DNA of 62,723 nucleotides, counting the filler, from Folioceros fuciformis (Eukaryota), in NCBI GenBank assembly GCA_049999805.1. It is 3 parts of 2 records of this genome, joined end to end, with 100 filler letters (N's around TTAATTAATTAA, not from the genome) between each part and the next. Parts side by side here need not be neighbours in the genome. Positions count along the whole stretch, not along the records: positions 32,024 to 48,127 come from JBNGIO010006217.1; positions 48,228 to 62,723 come from JBNGIO010006221.1; 1 more part is not named here. The stretch is one strand, 5' to 3'. This document shows positions 45,837 to 58,409 of this stretch, piece by piece (the stretch's first letter is position 1; the number at the start of each line of letters is the position of its first letter). A program made the translations under genes and the position numbers. The notes below the pieces were generated by a model. It was not told where the DNA came from. It searched no databases and worked only from the letters and a program-made list of their open reading frames with translations.

Positions 45837-48127
45837 TCACATGTCCCAACTGTCCTGACGGATGTGGAAGCCTTGCTTCTTCAAGGGGGTGCCCCCGAAC
45901 ATGTCGGAGAATCTTTTCAGACACTTGGTACGTTTCTCGTAGTGTGACTGGGTGTTGCGACTGATGGCTGAGCTGGAGAGCTTGGAGGTGTCCACTGCCC
46001 ATGACGGGTGGATGTACTGGACAGACACTCCAGAGCTGCTGTTGGCCAGAATGAAGTTGTAGAGGATGTCTTCACAGTTGAGGAGCTGGTCGACTATGGC
46101 CCTGCCCTCTGCGTTTGACTTGCTCCAGTATTTCTCGAAGCCGGATTGACTATCCATGAAGGCTGCACCTGTGAGCATCATGTTGTAGGCGTCTTGGGAC
46201 CTGGCGTATCTCTCGTTCTTGTATACCAGGCTGGTGTCGACGAGGCGTGGGTAGTAGCCTACGATTCTGCCAGGGTGCTCCCGCCATGCCTTGAACCCTC
46301 GTTCCACATCGTCGCATGTCACCATGATGTCGTCGTCCAGCTCCAGCACTGCCCTGGTGCTGATGTGAGGGTCTGGCCGGAACCTGTTGTTCAGGGAGTT
46401 CTTCTTTTCCACACGGATTCTGACGGGCACGGCTGAGTCGAATTGTGCGGGGTCGGGAGGCTGCCCCTTGTTCCACACCACCACTATTTCCCGCACCGAT
46501 GCACACCTGGAGTAGTGCCTTATGTACATTTTGAGGTTCCACAGTCGGGCCTCGTAGGTCATGGTCACCATGGTGAACTGTGAGTACTGGTGCCGGATGG
46601 GGTACGGCTCTTCTGCACCGTTGCCACCCAAGAAGCAGGCCACCATGACGCACACAGCCACCAAGCTCACGCTGAAGCTCAGTGCAAGAACCAGGAAGCC
46701 GAAACAGCTCTTGGCTCGCACTCTGCCCCTCACGAAGCTGTTGCTCCTGTTCAACACCAGCATGAATTTGTACATCCTTGCCCCAACACCAGGACGGTAC
46801 CAGGGAGCCAAGACGTCGCTCCTGCCTGGGACCAGGTACATGCTGGGTGGGAGAGCACATCGCACAAAACCCAAGAGCACGCCCAGGAGGAGGTTGGAGG
46901 CGGTCAGTACCAACAATCCTAACAAGCCCGTCAATCTCCTGTTCACGATATCCCCACTGGGCACTCGGTCTCCGTCCATGGCTGCAATCCAGTCTCCGTT
47001 CGGGAGCATGTGAGCATCGATGTGGTGATACCTCATGCCATTCCAGGCATACCGCCCCTTTCTGGGCTCCACGAACCCGAGAGGCACCTCCACCTCCTTG
47101 TACCTACTCCTGTCTAGCTTAACGATCTTAAAAGCTCGCACCCTGCGCCCATACGTCTCGCCACAGTCCTGCCCGAAACGATACCAATTCCCATCCCAGA
47201 AGATGGGTCTCCCAGCATTACGAGAGCCCAAGCTCTTGTGCCGGTTGTGGATGGGATTCGCCCCGTGCTGCGACCATAGTCCTGACAAGGAGCTGGAATA
47301 CCAAATCTCCAGCTCCCCATTTTTCACACACCCAAATCTTGTATGATCCGACCCTAAAATCCAGAACAATCCATCATATTTCACAAGTGCTGCATCCACC
47401 AGTGGCTTCCCAATGAGCACACGATCCAGAGTCCACTCCAGCGGGAAATCCACTGCTCTGTACAGCCGGAGGTCACCCTTCTGGCTGCCCTCAGGCATCA
47501 TATATATCTGCGACCCAGCGAACCAGCTCAACCAATCAAAGCTCCTCTCCAGCCTCCTCCTCCTCTTCCTCCTCACATAACACAAACACGAAACCAAAAC
47601 AAGACATTCAAGCATTGTCAAGCACCTGTCCGGCGTGCTCAAACACATAAGGATAGGAAAGATGCCACTCCTCATCCAGAGCAATTCCAAGCGACGTCCA
47701 GGTGGAGCCGCCATCAACACTCTCCGCCACACCTATGTCCCCTTGCAAAGTCACACTGTTTTTGGTCTCGTAAAACAGATAAAACCTATTCCCCTGGATC
47801 CAGCAAACGCGGCGCCGTTAGCGACAAAGCCAACAACCTCCAACTGCCCACGACCACCACTATCACCACCACAGCTCACACAGACACAGACACGCACACA
47901 GACAGGGACACGGACACACACAACTATGCGCCCTGTGCTTCTCCACCTGCATGAATAGAAACGGATCCGCCACGAAGTTGCTGAGATGGCTGCCGTTGGA
48001 GACAGCGGCGCAGGTAAGCACAGGATTGGCCACCGGCCAAGCAGCTCCTCCATCACTCTGCGCATTTTCCTGCACTCACCCGCATTCCCTTCACAGTTTA
48101 GTCCCCCTCCCCACTGTGTTGTGCCGC
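45837..48127 (-). CDS. GINT1: Glycosyltransferase family 64, glucosamine inositolphosphorylceramide transferase type; 5' end lost in gap
   Basis: Exons AWPVANPVLTCA..SNFVADPFLFMQ, LFYETKNSVTLQGDIGVAES.DGGSTW..LGIALDEEWHLSYPYVF, IYMMPEGSQKG.., and GT64 core SQFTMVTMTYEARLWNLKMY..NSLNNRF..VLELDDD..NCEDIL.NF. Confidence 0.93.
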
Positions 48128-48227
48128 NNNNNNNNNNNNNNNNNNNNNNNNNNNNNNNNNNNNNNNNNNNNTTAATTAATTAANNNNNNNNNNNNNNNNN
48201 NNNNNNNNNNNNNNNNNNNNNNNNNNN
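48128..48227. other. Artificial contig spacer
   Basis: 100 bp of N with central TTAATTAATTAA. Confidence 0.95.
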
Positions 48228-51200
48228 CTATTGCAGGGAGCTCACAGGGAGCTTCCTCACAGAAGAAACCCAAGAAGACCGGGAAATGCAACTGGTGCAG
48301 AATTCCCGGCCATTAGGGAAACGAGTGTCGTAAGAAGCAGGCTGGCATACCTCGCAAGGAGGGCAATGCGAATGCTGAAACACACGTCGTAGTAAAGAAG
48401 CAATCCTCTCCTTCCGCCCTGACAGTAGGGGTAAGGGAGTTTGCTCAACCTCTAGTCTTTCCCACATGCTTATCTGCCATAGCAGAGTGTAGACCATTTC
48501 AAGAGTGGTACTTAGACACAGGTGCAACAGCGCACATTTGCTTTGATAGAAGTGCCTTCTCCACCTACAGACAAGTAAAGGATTAGTTTGTCTATTTAGG
48601 TGATGACAGGGCATTGGTATCTCCAAGAAAGGGCACAGTGTTCCTTCCTGTGCCTTCAGGGCTAAAATTGTCCCTCACCAATGTTTACTATGTGCCTGGA
48701 ATGACTAGGAACCTCATTTATGTCAGGCAACTGAACATAGACAACAATAGTCACATTCTGTTTACCCCCACATAGTGCCAGATCCTTGATGCATTTGATC
48801 ATCGTAAGGTCTTAGCTTATGGATCTTCTGACCATGATCTATTCCGACTTCACTTGCACAGTATCCCTATACAGTCCCACTTGACGTCACAAGGTGAGCT
48901 CTCACCTTTACATCAAACAGACAAAGCCATATTATGGCACAATAGGTTAGGTCATCCACATGGTGCTAAGCTGCAAAAACTGGCTACCAGTGACCTATAC
49001 TATGATGGAAAGATTGGCACTCTTCCTATCTTACCTCTGTGTGAAGCTTGTGTGTTATCTAAGCGTCACCAAGCAGCCTTCAAAAACAGGACCCCACACA
49101 GAGCCTCTAATGTCCTCGAGCTAGTCCACACTGATATTTGTGGGCCACTGTCACAGCCTTCCATAGGTGGTGGCAAGTATTTCCTAACCTTCACTAATGA
49201 CAAGACAAGGTTTGTCATGGCTTATATCTTGAAGGCCAAAAGTGAAGCCTTCTCTCAATTCAAAACTTATTTAAAATTTGTTGAGAGATGGACAGGACAA
49301 CAGCTCAAGACCCTCCGCTCNNNNNNNNNNNNNNNNNNNNNNNNNNNNNNNNNNNNNNNNNNNNNNNNNNNNNNNNNNNNNNNNNNNNNNNNNNNNNNNN
49401 NNNNNNNNNNNNNNNNNNNNCTACCTTACCATTGCCCTATTGGGCTGAGGCCCTAATGACAGCTGTGTATTTACGAAATAGATTACCTACCACTGCAGTT
49501 GTAGGTCAGACGCCATATGAGGCTTTCTTTGGCAGGAAACCGTCTATCCTTCATCTTCGAACCTTTGGTTGTATCGCTTATGCTTTCATCCCGAAGGAGA
49601 AGCGTAAGAAGCTATCTGCAAAAGCCAGAAAACTCCTTATGATAGGCTACACTGAGGGCATAAAAGCTTATAAACTGTATGATGTCCCTCAGAACAAGGT
49701 GATATATGCACGAAGCGTTACCTTTGACAAAGGACGTGTTTGGACGCCAGTGGGAACACCTCCAGATGACAGTGATGATCTGTCTGTTCTCCCCAATATC
49801 ACTTTCTTTGATGACTCAACACCTGCGGAGATTGCTCCTGCAAGGGGGGATGAGCATGATAATCAAGTTAATCCAGTTGACCCAGCAGAGGATGATGCCT
49901 TTGCTGACCTTGATGAGCAGCAGCAACAACCTCCCATTGCTGTTGAGCTACAACCAGACATACCAGATCTAGATGATGATGACGCTGCAGACGATGCAGC
50001 CGTTGTTCTGGACAGTGATGATGACGTTGATGCAGTTGAACAGCTACCACATCCTGAACCCCCACTTGAACTTTGATACCCTGCAAGAGAAAGACATGCA
50101 CCTGATTACTATCAATCACATGATTTCAGGTCAAGTTCAACACGTGCTAATGCTATGAGTCTGGACCCTACAGAGCCTCGCACCTATGAAGAAGCTATGA
50201 GTAGGCCACATGCTATAGAGTGGAAAAAGGCCGTTCAGTCTGAGTATGACAGCCTCATCAAGAATGGCACTTGGGAACTCGCAAAATTACCTTTTGGACG
50301 CAAAATGGTGTCCTGTAAATGGGTATTTAAACTCAAGGTTAAAGCAGATGGTACCTTTGACAGGTACAAAGCCAGACTCGTTGCTCGTGGCTTCTCCCAA
50401 GTACCAGGTCTGGATTATCTGGAAACTTATGCTCCTGTGGTGAAGCTAGCCACGTTTCGTGTTCTCTGTGCAGTAGCAGCACATCATGACTATGAGTTGG
50501 AAATGTTTGACGTCAAAACAGCCTTCTTACATGGCAAGCTGGATACTGAAATCTATATGCAGCAACCAATGGGCTACGTAGTAAAGGGAAAAGAGGACCA
50601 TGTTCTTCGCCTAATCAAGACCCTCTATGGTTTAAAACAGTCAGCTCTTGAATGGAATGCAGTCTTAGATGAGGAACTGCGAGCTTTAGGCTTCATCAAA
50701 TGTGTTTCAGACAATAGCCTGTATGTCTACAGGGCTGGAGACACTGTATGTTACCTTGCTGTGTATGTGGACGACTTGATACTCGCATGTAACAGTCCCT
50801 CCTTTATCACAAAAATTAATGGCCTCCTATCCAAGAAGTTCAAGATGTCAAACTTAGGAGCTTTACAAAGCTGCCTTGGCATTCATATTCAGATAGATCG
50901 AAAGAAAAGAGTTTTAACTCTCACTCAACCAAGATACCTTCTTGATAGCGTAGACCAACTTGGACTCAAGGATGCAAAGCCTGTAGTCACACCTCTACCA
51001 AGTGGACTTAAGCTTAGCAAATCCATGAGCCCACAAACGCAAGGTGAAAAGGACAAAATGCTTCCTATCCCTTACCGCAAGGCAGTAGGAAAGCTCATAT
51101 ATGCAGCAAACACTACTCGTCCTGAAGTGGCATATTCCACAAGTGTGCTCTCACAATACTTGGAAAACCCTGCACAGGAGCACTGGACTTGTGTTAAGAG

Positions 51201-51436
51201 GGTATTTCGATACTTAAAGGGGACAGCACAGTATGGAATCGTTTACAAATACAAACCTGATGCCTCCCTTGAACTAGATGTATATACCGATTCAGACTAC
51301 GCAAGTGACATAGACAGTAGAAGATCTGTCTCTGGATATATCGTCATGTTTGCTGGGGGACCAATCTGTTGGTCCAGCAAGAAGCAACCAACGGTTGCTC
51401 TTTCAAGCACAAAAGTCGATTACCGTGTCCTCACAG
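48228..51436 (+). mobile_element. Ty1/Copia retrotransposon internal region (gag knuckle, protease, integrase, RT, start of RNase H), decayed
   Basis: CNWCRIPGH*GNEC, WYLDTGAT, LWHNRLGHP, LELVHTDICGP, WAEALMTAVYLRNRLP, RYKARLVARGFSQVPGLDY, DVKTAFLHG, YVDDL, YTDSDYA; stops and frameshifts present. Confidence 0.96.
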
Positions 51437-54110
51437 CCTGTGAGGTGCTTTATTTTTAAAAGCAGCTTGATGTCTCTTGGAAAGAACATAGGACTCGCAA
51501 GGTGGGAGTGGAGCCAACGTCCCAATTGGTCCATCTTGATAAAGGTCACTAACAGCTAACCTCTGTAGTTTTGCTGTATGAGGGTGACCTAGTCTTGCAT
51601 GCCATAACTTGGACTTGTCTATTTGTTGTGTAGGTACAGGGGTGACATCTCGAGTAATGTGAGAGGTTGGAGCACCACTACTTGTATGAAGACGAAATTG
51701 ATCATGATCCTCAGAACCATAGGCAAGTATTTTTCTATGGTCAAATGCATCCAGCAGTTGACACTCAGTTCTAGTGAATAACATGTGACAATTGTTGTCA
51801 GCATTCAACTTTATGACTGAAATTAAATTTCTAGTCATGTTTGGCACATAGTAAACGTCATGTAGTGTTAGTATTGCACCTGACGGAACTAACAAGTCTA
51901 TTGTGCCACGACCAGGGGACACTAAGGATCTGTCATCTCCCAGGTAAACATATTGATCCTTTGCTAACTGTTAAGTTTGAAAAGATCCTTTGTCAAAAAA
52001 AATATTTGTTGTAGCACCTATATCTAAGTACCAGTCCATAGCTTGGCTTACCTTCAATTTTGTTGACAGGCAAGCAGGATGCAAGTATGAACTTGCAAAG
52101 ACTCTCGTACCTACAGTGAGGGCAGAGGGGGTAGGTTGTTTCTTCACAACCACGTGAGTCTCAACAACTAATGAACCCTCCTTGCGAGGAACACCAGATT
52201 GCTTCTTTCTACACTCATGTTCCCAATGACCAGGTAACTTGCACCAATTACAAGTTCCTGTCCTTTTGGGTTTTCTTTGGTTGGCTCCTTGTCCTTGTGA
52301 GCCACCACCTCTAGATGTATTGCCTCCACCTCTGTTGTAGGGTTTTCCTCCTCCACGGCCCCCATTGGATGTGTAGAGGGCTTGCTGTTTTCCAGAATTT
52401 ACTGGAACCCCTTATTGCTTCTTCTTGGAGCAATGCTCCCACTAACTCTGCAAAGGTGGTTTCAGGAAGTGTAACATTCGCTACCTTTGCTAGTTTCGAG
52501 GTTTGAAGATGTGAAGCATTGAAGGATGTCACGAAATGTGACCATGATTCTAGGAGAGACAGTAAGAAGTATAAGCTTAACATGTCTTCTTTGACACACT
52601 CATTTGAGGCACTCTCCAATTTGGAGACAAGTGTCCTGAAATGACCAAGGTGCTTCTCTACTGATTCTCCATCTTTCATCTTGCAATTCAGTAAATTACG
52701 CAAGGTTGTCAATTGACTCGTTGTGTTGCTGCCTGAATACAGAGCCTGAAGTTGTGTCCAGATTTCTGCTGAGGTTTTACACCCGGATGTCTGCCTCAGC
52801 ATATTTGAGGTTAAACTACTCCGGACGAGGAATATGACAGCTTCATCTTTTGCCACCCATTCATCCTATTTCAACTTTTCAGAAGTGGTAGGTGTCGTGG
52901 TAGTAGCTGGGAAGTCTTCATCACCAATAGCTATCTTCCAAAGCTTCTTATTTTGTAAAGCTCCACGCATTCTGATTACCCATATGTCGTAATCATACCC
53001 ACCAAATCTGTCTTTTCTCTAAACCCTTCCCCACCATAGCTAGATGAGGGATCAGTCATTTTTCTTCTTTTGTATTATGGGTTAGCTACTCCCAAAACAC
53101 TAAGATACTAAAAATGACTAACCTTTGTAGGTTTGTTTATGTGGACCTTAGGCACATGTATCTTCAGCAACAGAGTCAGAGAATGTTAGCAGCAAGGTTG
53201 GACAAACTGTCTATAGGTATGTTTATTAACCCCTGATGCTGTGCAGCATTCCCTATTCTCTTATTTCTAATCTCCAACATGTTGTACGAATGTAGTACAT
53301 AAGAAGGACAAGAATTTGGACTGTTATTTATGAACTCTACTTGTTTTCTTAGCGTGCTTACAAGCTGCTCCTCTGAAAGCATGATTAGCAAGCAAGGTAG
53401 GCTTCAACAAGGTTAGCAGTTTAAAGTCCAAATGATCTATTTTTTCAATTAGATCATGCAAGTTAACAGTCACTGCAATTATCCTTTGTGAGATATTGTC
53501 AAAACGCCTGTCAGTTTGTTGCTGGTGTGCCTCGATCCTATTTATCAATTTGTCAACTGTAAGTGATTGAGAGAAATGAGAAGTTAGGAAACCTCTCTGA
53601 TTATAGTTTCTTTATGGTAGTCGTTTTGCTGCAGCATTCCATGATGCTTGCGCAACGACTTCTGGCCCCATGCAACGATTCTGGTGATGAATCCGCTTAG
53701 CAAGGCGATGTCGGCCATCCACTCGATCGGCCATTCATTTGGCCAAATTTTTGTGTTGACAGAATTCCTTTTTAAACATTTTGTGTTATTTATGAATGCC
53801 ATTAATAATCTGACTATAGACTAGGTAGTTTTCCTAGCGCATCCCTGCTGATTTTGTTGAGGTAGCAAACCAGAGGGGATGCGTTGAGATCACTCCCTTA
53901 ATCTAATAGAAATTACAAGTGCATCTTCATAAACAATCAACACAAAATATATACTTTCTATTCTTTATTTCTTGATCAAGAAACTTAATTTCTAGATCAA
54001 AATAAACAAGAAAACTATATAAATGCATTCTTTAAAATGTATTTTTAAAGGTGCATTCATTACTCCACAACCTTCATCCTACTGCTCTAATATTGCTCTG
54101 ATAGCATAAC
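51437..54110 (-). mobile_element. Second related Copia element in opposite orientation (leader, gag, protease, pre-integrase), truncated
   Basis: gag EIWTQLQALYS..KMKDGESVEKHL, CNWCKLPGHWEHEC, WYLDIGAT, LHDVYYVPNMTRNLISV, LWHARLGHP; PBS-like TGCTATCAGAGC (one mismatch to the tRNA-iMet PBS) at 54095-54106. Confidence 0.88.
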
Positions 54111-55505
54111 AAATTTAGGTGATTATAGATCAATTAAACATATTAAAATAATCAACATTATGTTAAGAATACAATAATAATGTATAAGTTCATAAAAATA
54201 ACTTAAGTCACTTGTGAAACATTGTGACCTAATCAAAGGACGTAACCCTTGTCTTTAAAAGCTCTTAAGTTAACTAAACTATTGAACCCTAATAATCTAT
54301 CCAACACATGTATTCCTTTAACCATGACCCAGGACACAAGATACATGTTTTTCAACATCTTCAAGCAATTTAGAGTGGATCAAAATATACAGAGGTGTGT
54401 GCCCCTCACATCTTCGAAAGGGGATGTTTGCTAGCATCCTATGACAACTTCAAACCTAGATAGTAAAAGCTTGCAAAGGATGTAAAGACGATTACCCTTT
54501 AGGGTACTATGTTTTGCCACACCTACAGGGGCCGATGGTTCCTAACCCACGATGCTCATAGGCACACATGTCAATGCTCACAACTCACAAATTTCTAGCA
54601 ATGGCTACCACTTGCTTCATAGTGTTAAACACAGATAGCTAGTTTAGGTTCATAGAAGGTCAGTAATAGAGTGTGAGTGCTTGCACTTTGCACATGCGTT
54701 GTGTGTTGTAGGTTGTTGGTGCAGATGGCTTGGGTCATGCACCAAATTGCAGCTGCGTTTGGGCATGTAGCTTGCAATTGCCTTTTGGCCTTGCACCTTG
54801 CAGGCAACCGTTACTTGCACATTGTAGTACCGTTGCCTTCTGGCATTGCACCTTGCAGGCAACCCTTCCTTGCACATTGTAGTACTTATTGTGCGTTGTG
54901 CTGATTGCAGGTGGTGATAATGATTACCTGGACCCCTTGTGTGCTTTGTGCAGGCATTGCAAGTTGCGTGCAACAACGCTTACATGAAAGCCCTGGAGGG
55001 TATGGACTACCTGCCTGATATGTATCGCTTGCACCTAGCCTTGACAACGTTGTGCAGAGAGTGGAAGAGTAGAACCGAGCCCTTGGATGCCTACCTATAG
55101 ACTTGGATGGAGCAGGAAGCCACTCCATGGGGCACGGACAGGCATTTGCCTCCTTCTCTCTTTATAATAATGGGGGTTTTTCTCCCCAATGGCTTATGGG
55201 CATGTGTGGTGTGGGGTGAAACCCTTTGTAGCTTTGGCTTGCCCTCACGGGTTGTGAAATAAAGATGAGCATTTCATTCCCCCCAAGCTAGTGCAATCCT
55301 TTTTAGGTGTGAATATGATATTTGTACGAAGGAAACCCTTGAGGTGTGGAGATAGAGAACAACAAGCGGATGAGGATGTGCCCTTCAACCCTTCACCTCA
55401 TACTGAATGCCACTAGGAGTGTGGCAATAGACAGGAATGTGCCGAAGGGACGTCCCTTCAGCCACTTGTGGAGTTGCAAATGAATAAAATAGCACCCACG
55501 GGACA

Positions 55506-55697
55506 ATCATAGGTGTGCATATAGCCAAGAGAGGTGAATGCTTCATAGGTGTGCATATAGCCAAGAGAGGTGAATGCTTCATAGGTGTGCATGTAGCCAA
55601 GAGANNNNNNNNNNTAGCCAAGAGAGGTGAATGCTTCATAGGTGTGCATGTAGCCAAGAGAGGTGAATGCTTCATAGGTGTGCATATAGCCAAGAGA
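55506..55697. repeat. Tandem repeat, 36 bp x~5
   Basis: CATAGGTGTGCATATAGCCAAGAGAGGTGAATGCTT units; 10-N gap inside. Confidence 0.9.
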
Positions 55698-55851
55698 GAT
55701 GAACGCAGCGAGGTCTACTGCGAACCTAGCATATCTAGGATGGATGTTCAACCCTAAACCTCAACAAAAGATGAAGTGATGATTGATTGACTGGCTAACT
55801 CAAATGTGTCAGAAACAAAATCTTACGATAGTGGCATCTCCATCAAACCAG

Positions 55852-55938
55852 CTAGGATGGTGCCCTACTACCGATGCAAGCATCTAGATGGTGCCCTACT
55901 ACCGATGCTTGCATCTAGATGGTGCCCTACTACTGATG
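55852..55938. repeat. Tandem repeat, ~31 bp x3
   Basis: GATGGTGCCCTACTACCGATGC(AA/TT)GCATCTA units. Confidence 0.85.
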
Positions 55939-56723
55939 TGGTAGGTTTGTGATGTCCAAAAATTTGGACCGTATATGGTTGGACAAAACTTTCTATGCAC
56001 GAACGTGTGACCTTATCGATATTCCATATGGGCCACCATGTTCCTCCTCGAACTTTGGGGAAAATTGGAATTTCTTATATGAGGTAGGCAGGATGTCCAA
56101 CATATTTGTTGTATAAAGTTTGGTTGTTTACAATATACATTGTGATACTTATTTACAAGTAAATATAATATGATATTAATTTATGTAAGTGAATATGAAC
56201 CGTGTGTTTGTATGGGGTAGTCTACCAAGCGGCTTATGCAAGAGACACATTGACGTTAATCTCACCGACGATGGTTAACAGTGCATAATGTTGGCGTCTT
56301 GCAGCCTTTTTCGTTTTAAACTCGTTTAGTGTACCACGCAAGACTGTACCACGCGTCTACCGATTTGTGTAGGTACTTCGCAGGAATTATTTGTGAGGCC
56401 TGAGGCATTGCCCAGACGGAACATGTGGGAACATCTGGCAACCAGGTGCACAAGCGGGTCACAGTGGACTGCGGCCCACATGTGTGAAGACGGATCGAGG
56501 GGGACGGAGCATTACCGCCGAAATCCGCGACGTCTTCTCCCCAAACACGAAAGGTCTTACGGGGTACCGACTCGCAGATCCCAGCCTTAGAGGATTCACT
56601 ACCAGGCGCAGGACCTTGCAATGACCTTTCTTAGGGTGTGAAGTTGCCTCCATCTAGCTCGTGGATTGGACACCTCGAGGCTGGCCAGGAGCTGAGCAAG
56701 CTTGGGTTGGCTGGATTTGGGAG

Positions 56724-58320
56724 ATGGAGGTCAGATGGCTGGCGATCCTAGCGCTTTCTCTTCTTCTCGTGTCATGCACGGACGCGGTGCGGCTTATCTC
56801 TTCAAAGGACGACACGAGCACTGCCGCATTCGCTCTGGTCACGGTATGGATTTCAGCCGTGTTGTGTGGTCTTCGGTCGTCGTTCGATTTACGGTCACTC
56901 CCGGGTTGACTAGGTTTTGTCTCTTTCCTCATGGGAAGATGCGGTGCATGGCTTGGTTTAGTTCCATCCCGCCCCGTGGAATCGGTTTTGGAGGCTTCTA
57001 CGTGTCGGAAGTGTGGAATAGCAGCCCTCTGAATCTGCGGTGTCGATTTTGTTTGTGCAGGATATAGCTGGAGCCGTGTCGAAGAGAGTCGGGTGGGATG
57101 TCGATGACGTGACTATCTCGAAGATTGACATGGTGGATGCAAAGATAGGACAGTCAGTGGTATATGAGGTCGATATTGAAGTCGGAGGCACCGTTATACC
57201 AGTGAAGCTCTCGGAGGAGGTGACGAATTGGAAGTATGTCGTTGAGGACCCCTACATGCAGAGTACTGAAAACACAGATGGAGGCGATGAGAACAAGGCT
57301 TTGGATAATTGGCAGCCAGATACACCGGCGCTATTCCCGTTCGAAATAGCAGGGCCTGTGGAGCTTTGGATTACAGGTGCAGAGCAGATGAGGCTTGCTG
57401 TACCGGTACGTCTTTGATAATTGGCCGTTAGTAGCGTTTTGTTGTGTATATGTTCCATCAAATGTGGGACACGGGACCTCACCACTAGCTTTCTGTTGTG
57501 CTTCCAGAACGATGTGGAGGCAGGAATCTTGAATCGTGTGATGCTTGCTGATGGAGCTGTGGTTACAGTGGAGGGGGCCAGGGAGGTAAGTCTCACTCGT
57601 CCTCTACAGCTCCCATTGCCACTTGTGGGAGCTGGTGGTGAAGGAGGGGTTGCTGCCAGTCTCATAGATCTGGCTTCTCGTCTTCGGTTTACTTCCCAAA
57701 TCGGAGACAAACCCATTTTGTCTCTGCGTATAGTCGGGCCAAGCTCACTGGTTGCAGCTGCTGTTGAAGAATCGGGTGAACCGGATGCCAGTGTTTCCAA
57801 GTTGAAAGTGAAGAGGCTTGCACCAGGGGCTGTGGAGCTGGTATCCAGACAGCCATCACCAGCCAAGGCATTTGAGCAAATTCCCTCCTCACTGGCTGTT
57901 GGTGATTCAATGTTGTGGCCTCTTCCTTCCCTCAACGGATCTAACGCCAAGCTTCTGCACTTGGAACGGGCATTGATGCTGTTGCTTGGCAAACAAGCCT
58001 TCAAGAGGGGCTCTTTCAAGCTCTTGGGTGCCAAGGCGTCGGCTGCAACTTTTGTGCAGTTCGAATTCGAGCTAGAGAGAAAAATAAACAAGACAGAGAT
58101 GCCTGAGGTATGGCCAGAATGGGTAACTCTTCCCTCAATTGATAGGTATCAGTTTGAAGTTCTTGCGATGTTGGATGGGCAGCGGTTGGTACCTGTGACT
58201 CTTCAACAGCTTGAACCTGTGCACTCGACAATTGTGGTTGATAGCGGTTGGGGTCGTGGTAATGTCTCCTACACGAATCTACCGATGGTGATAGTTCCCC
58301 CAGGTGCCATGACGTTGTAG
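56724..58320 (+). CDS. TIN1: TUNICAMYCIN INDUCED 1-like secretory protein, 3 exons
   Basis: Signal peptide MEVRWLAILALSLLLVSC; GQSVVYEVDIEVG..IPVKLSEEV..WKYV, PFEIAGPVELWI, DVEAGIL.RVMLADGAVVTVEGAREVSL.RPLQLPLPL, LKVKRLAPGAVEL. Confidence 0.85.
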
Positions 58321-58409
58321 ATGAGCATCAATTCTTTATGGTTGCACGAGCCAAAGGGATTTTAGCTGATTGATCAGTCTTCCAGCCATTTTACTCATAG
58401 GGAGGGTGG

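Noticed and set aside
55770-55830. Box C-like GTGATGA suggesting a snoRNA
   Set aside because: No properly placed CTGA box D or terminal stem; lies among transposon-derived repeats.
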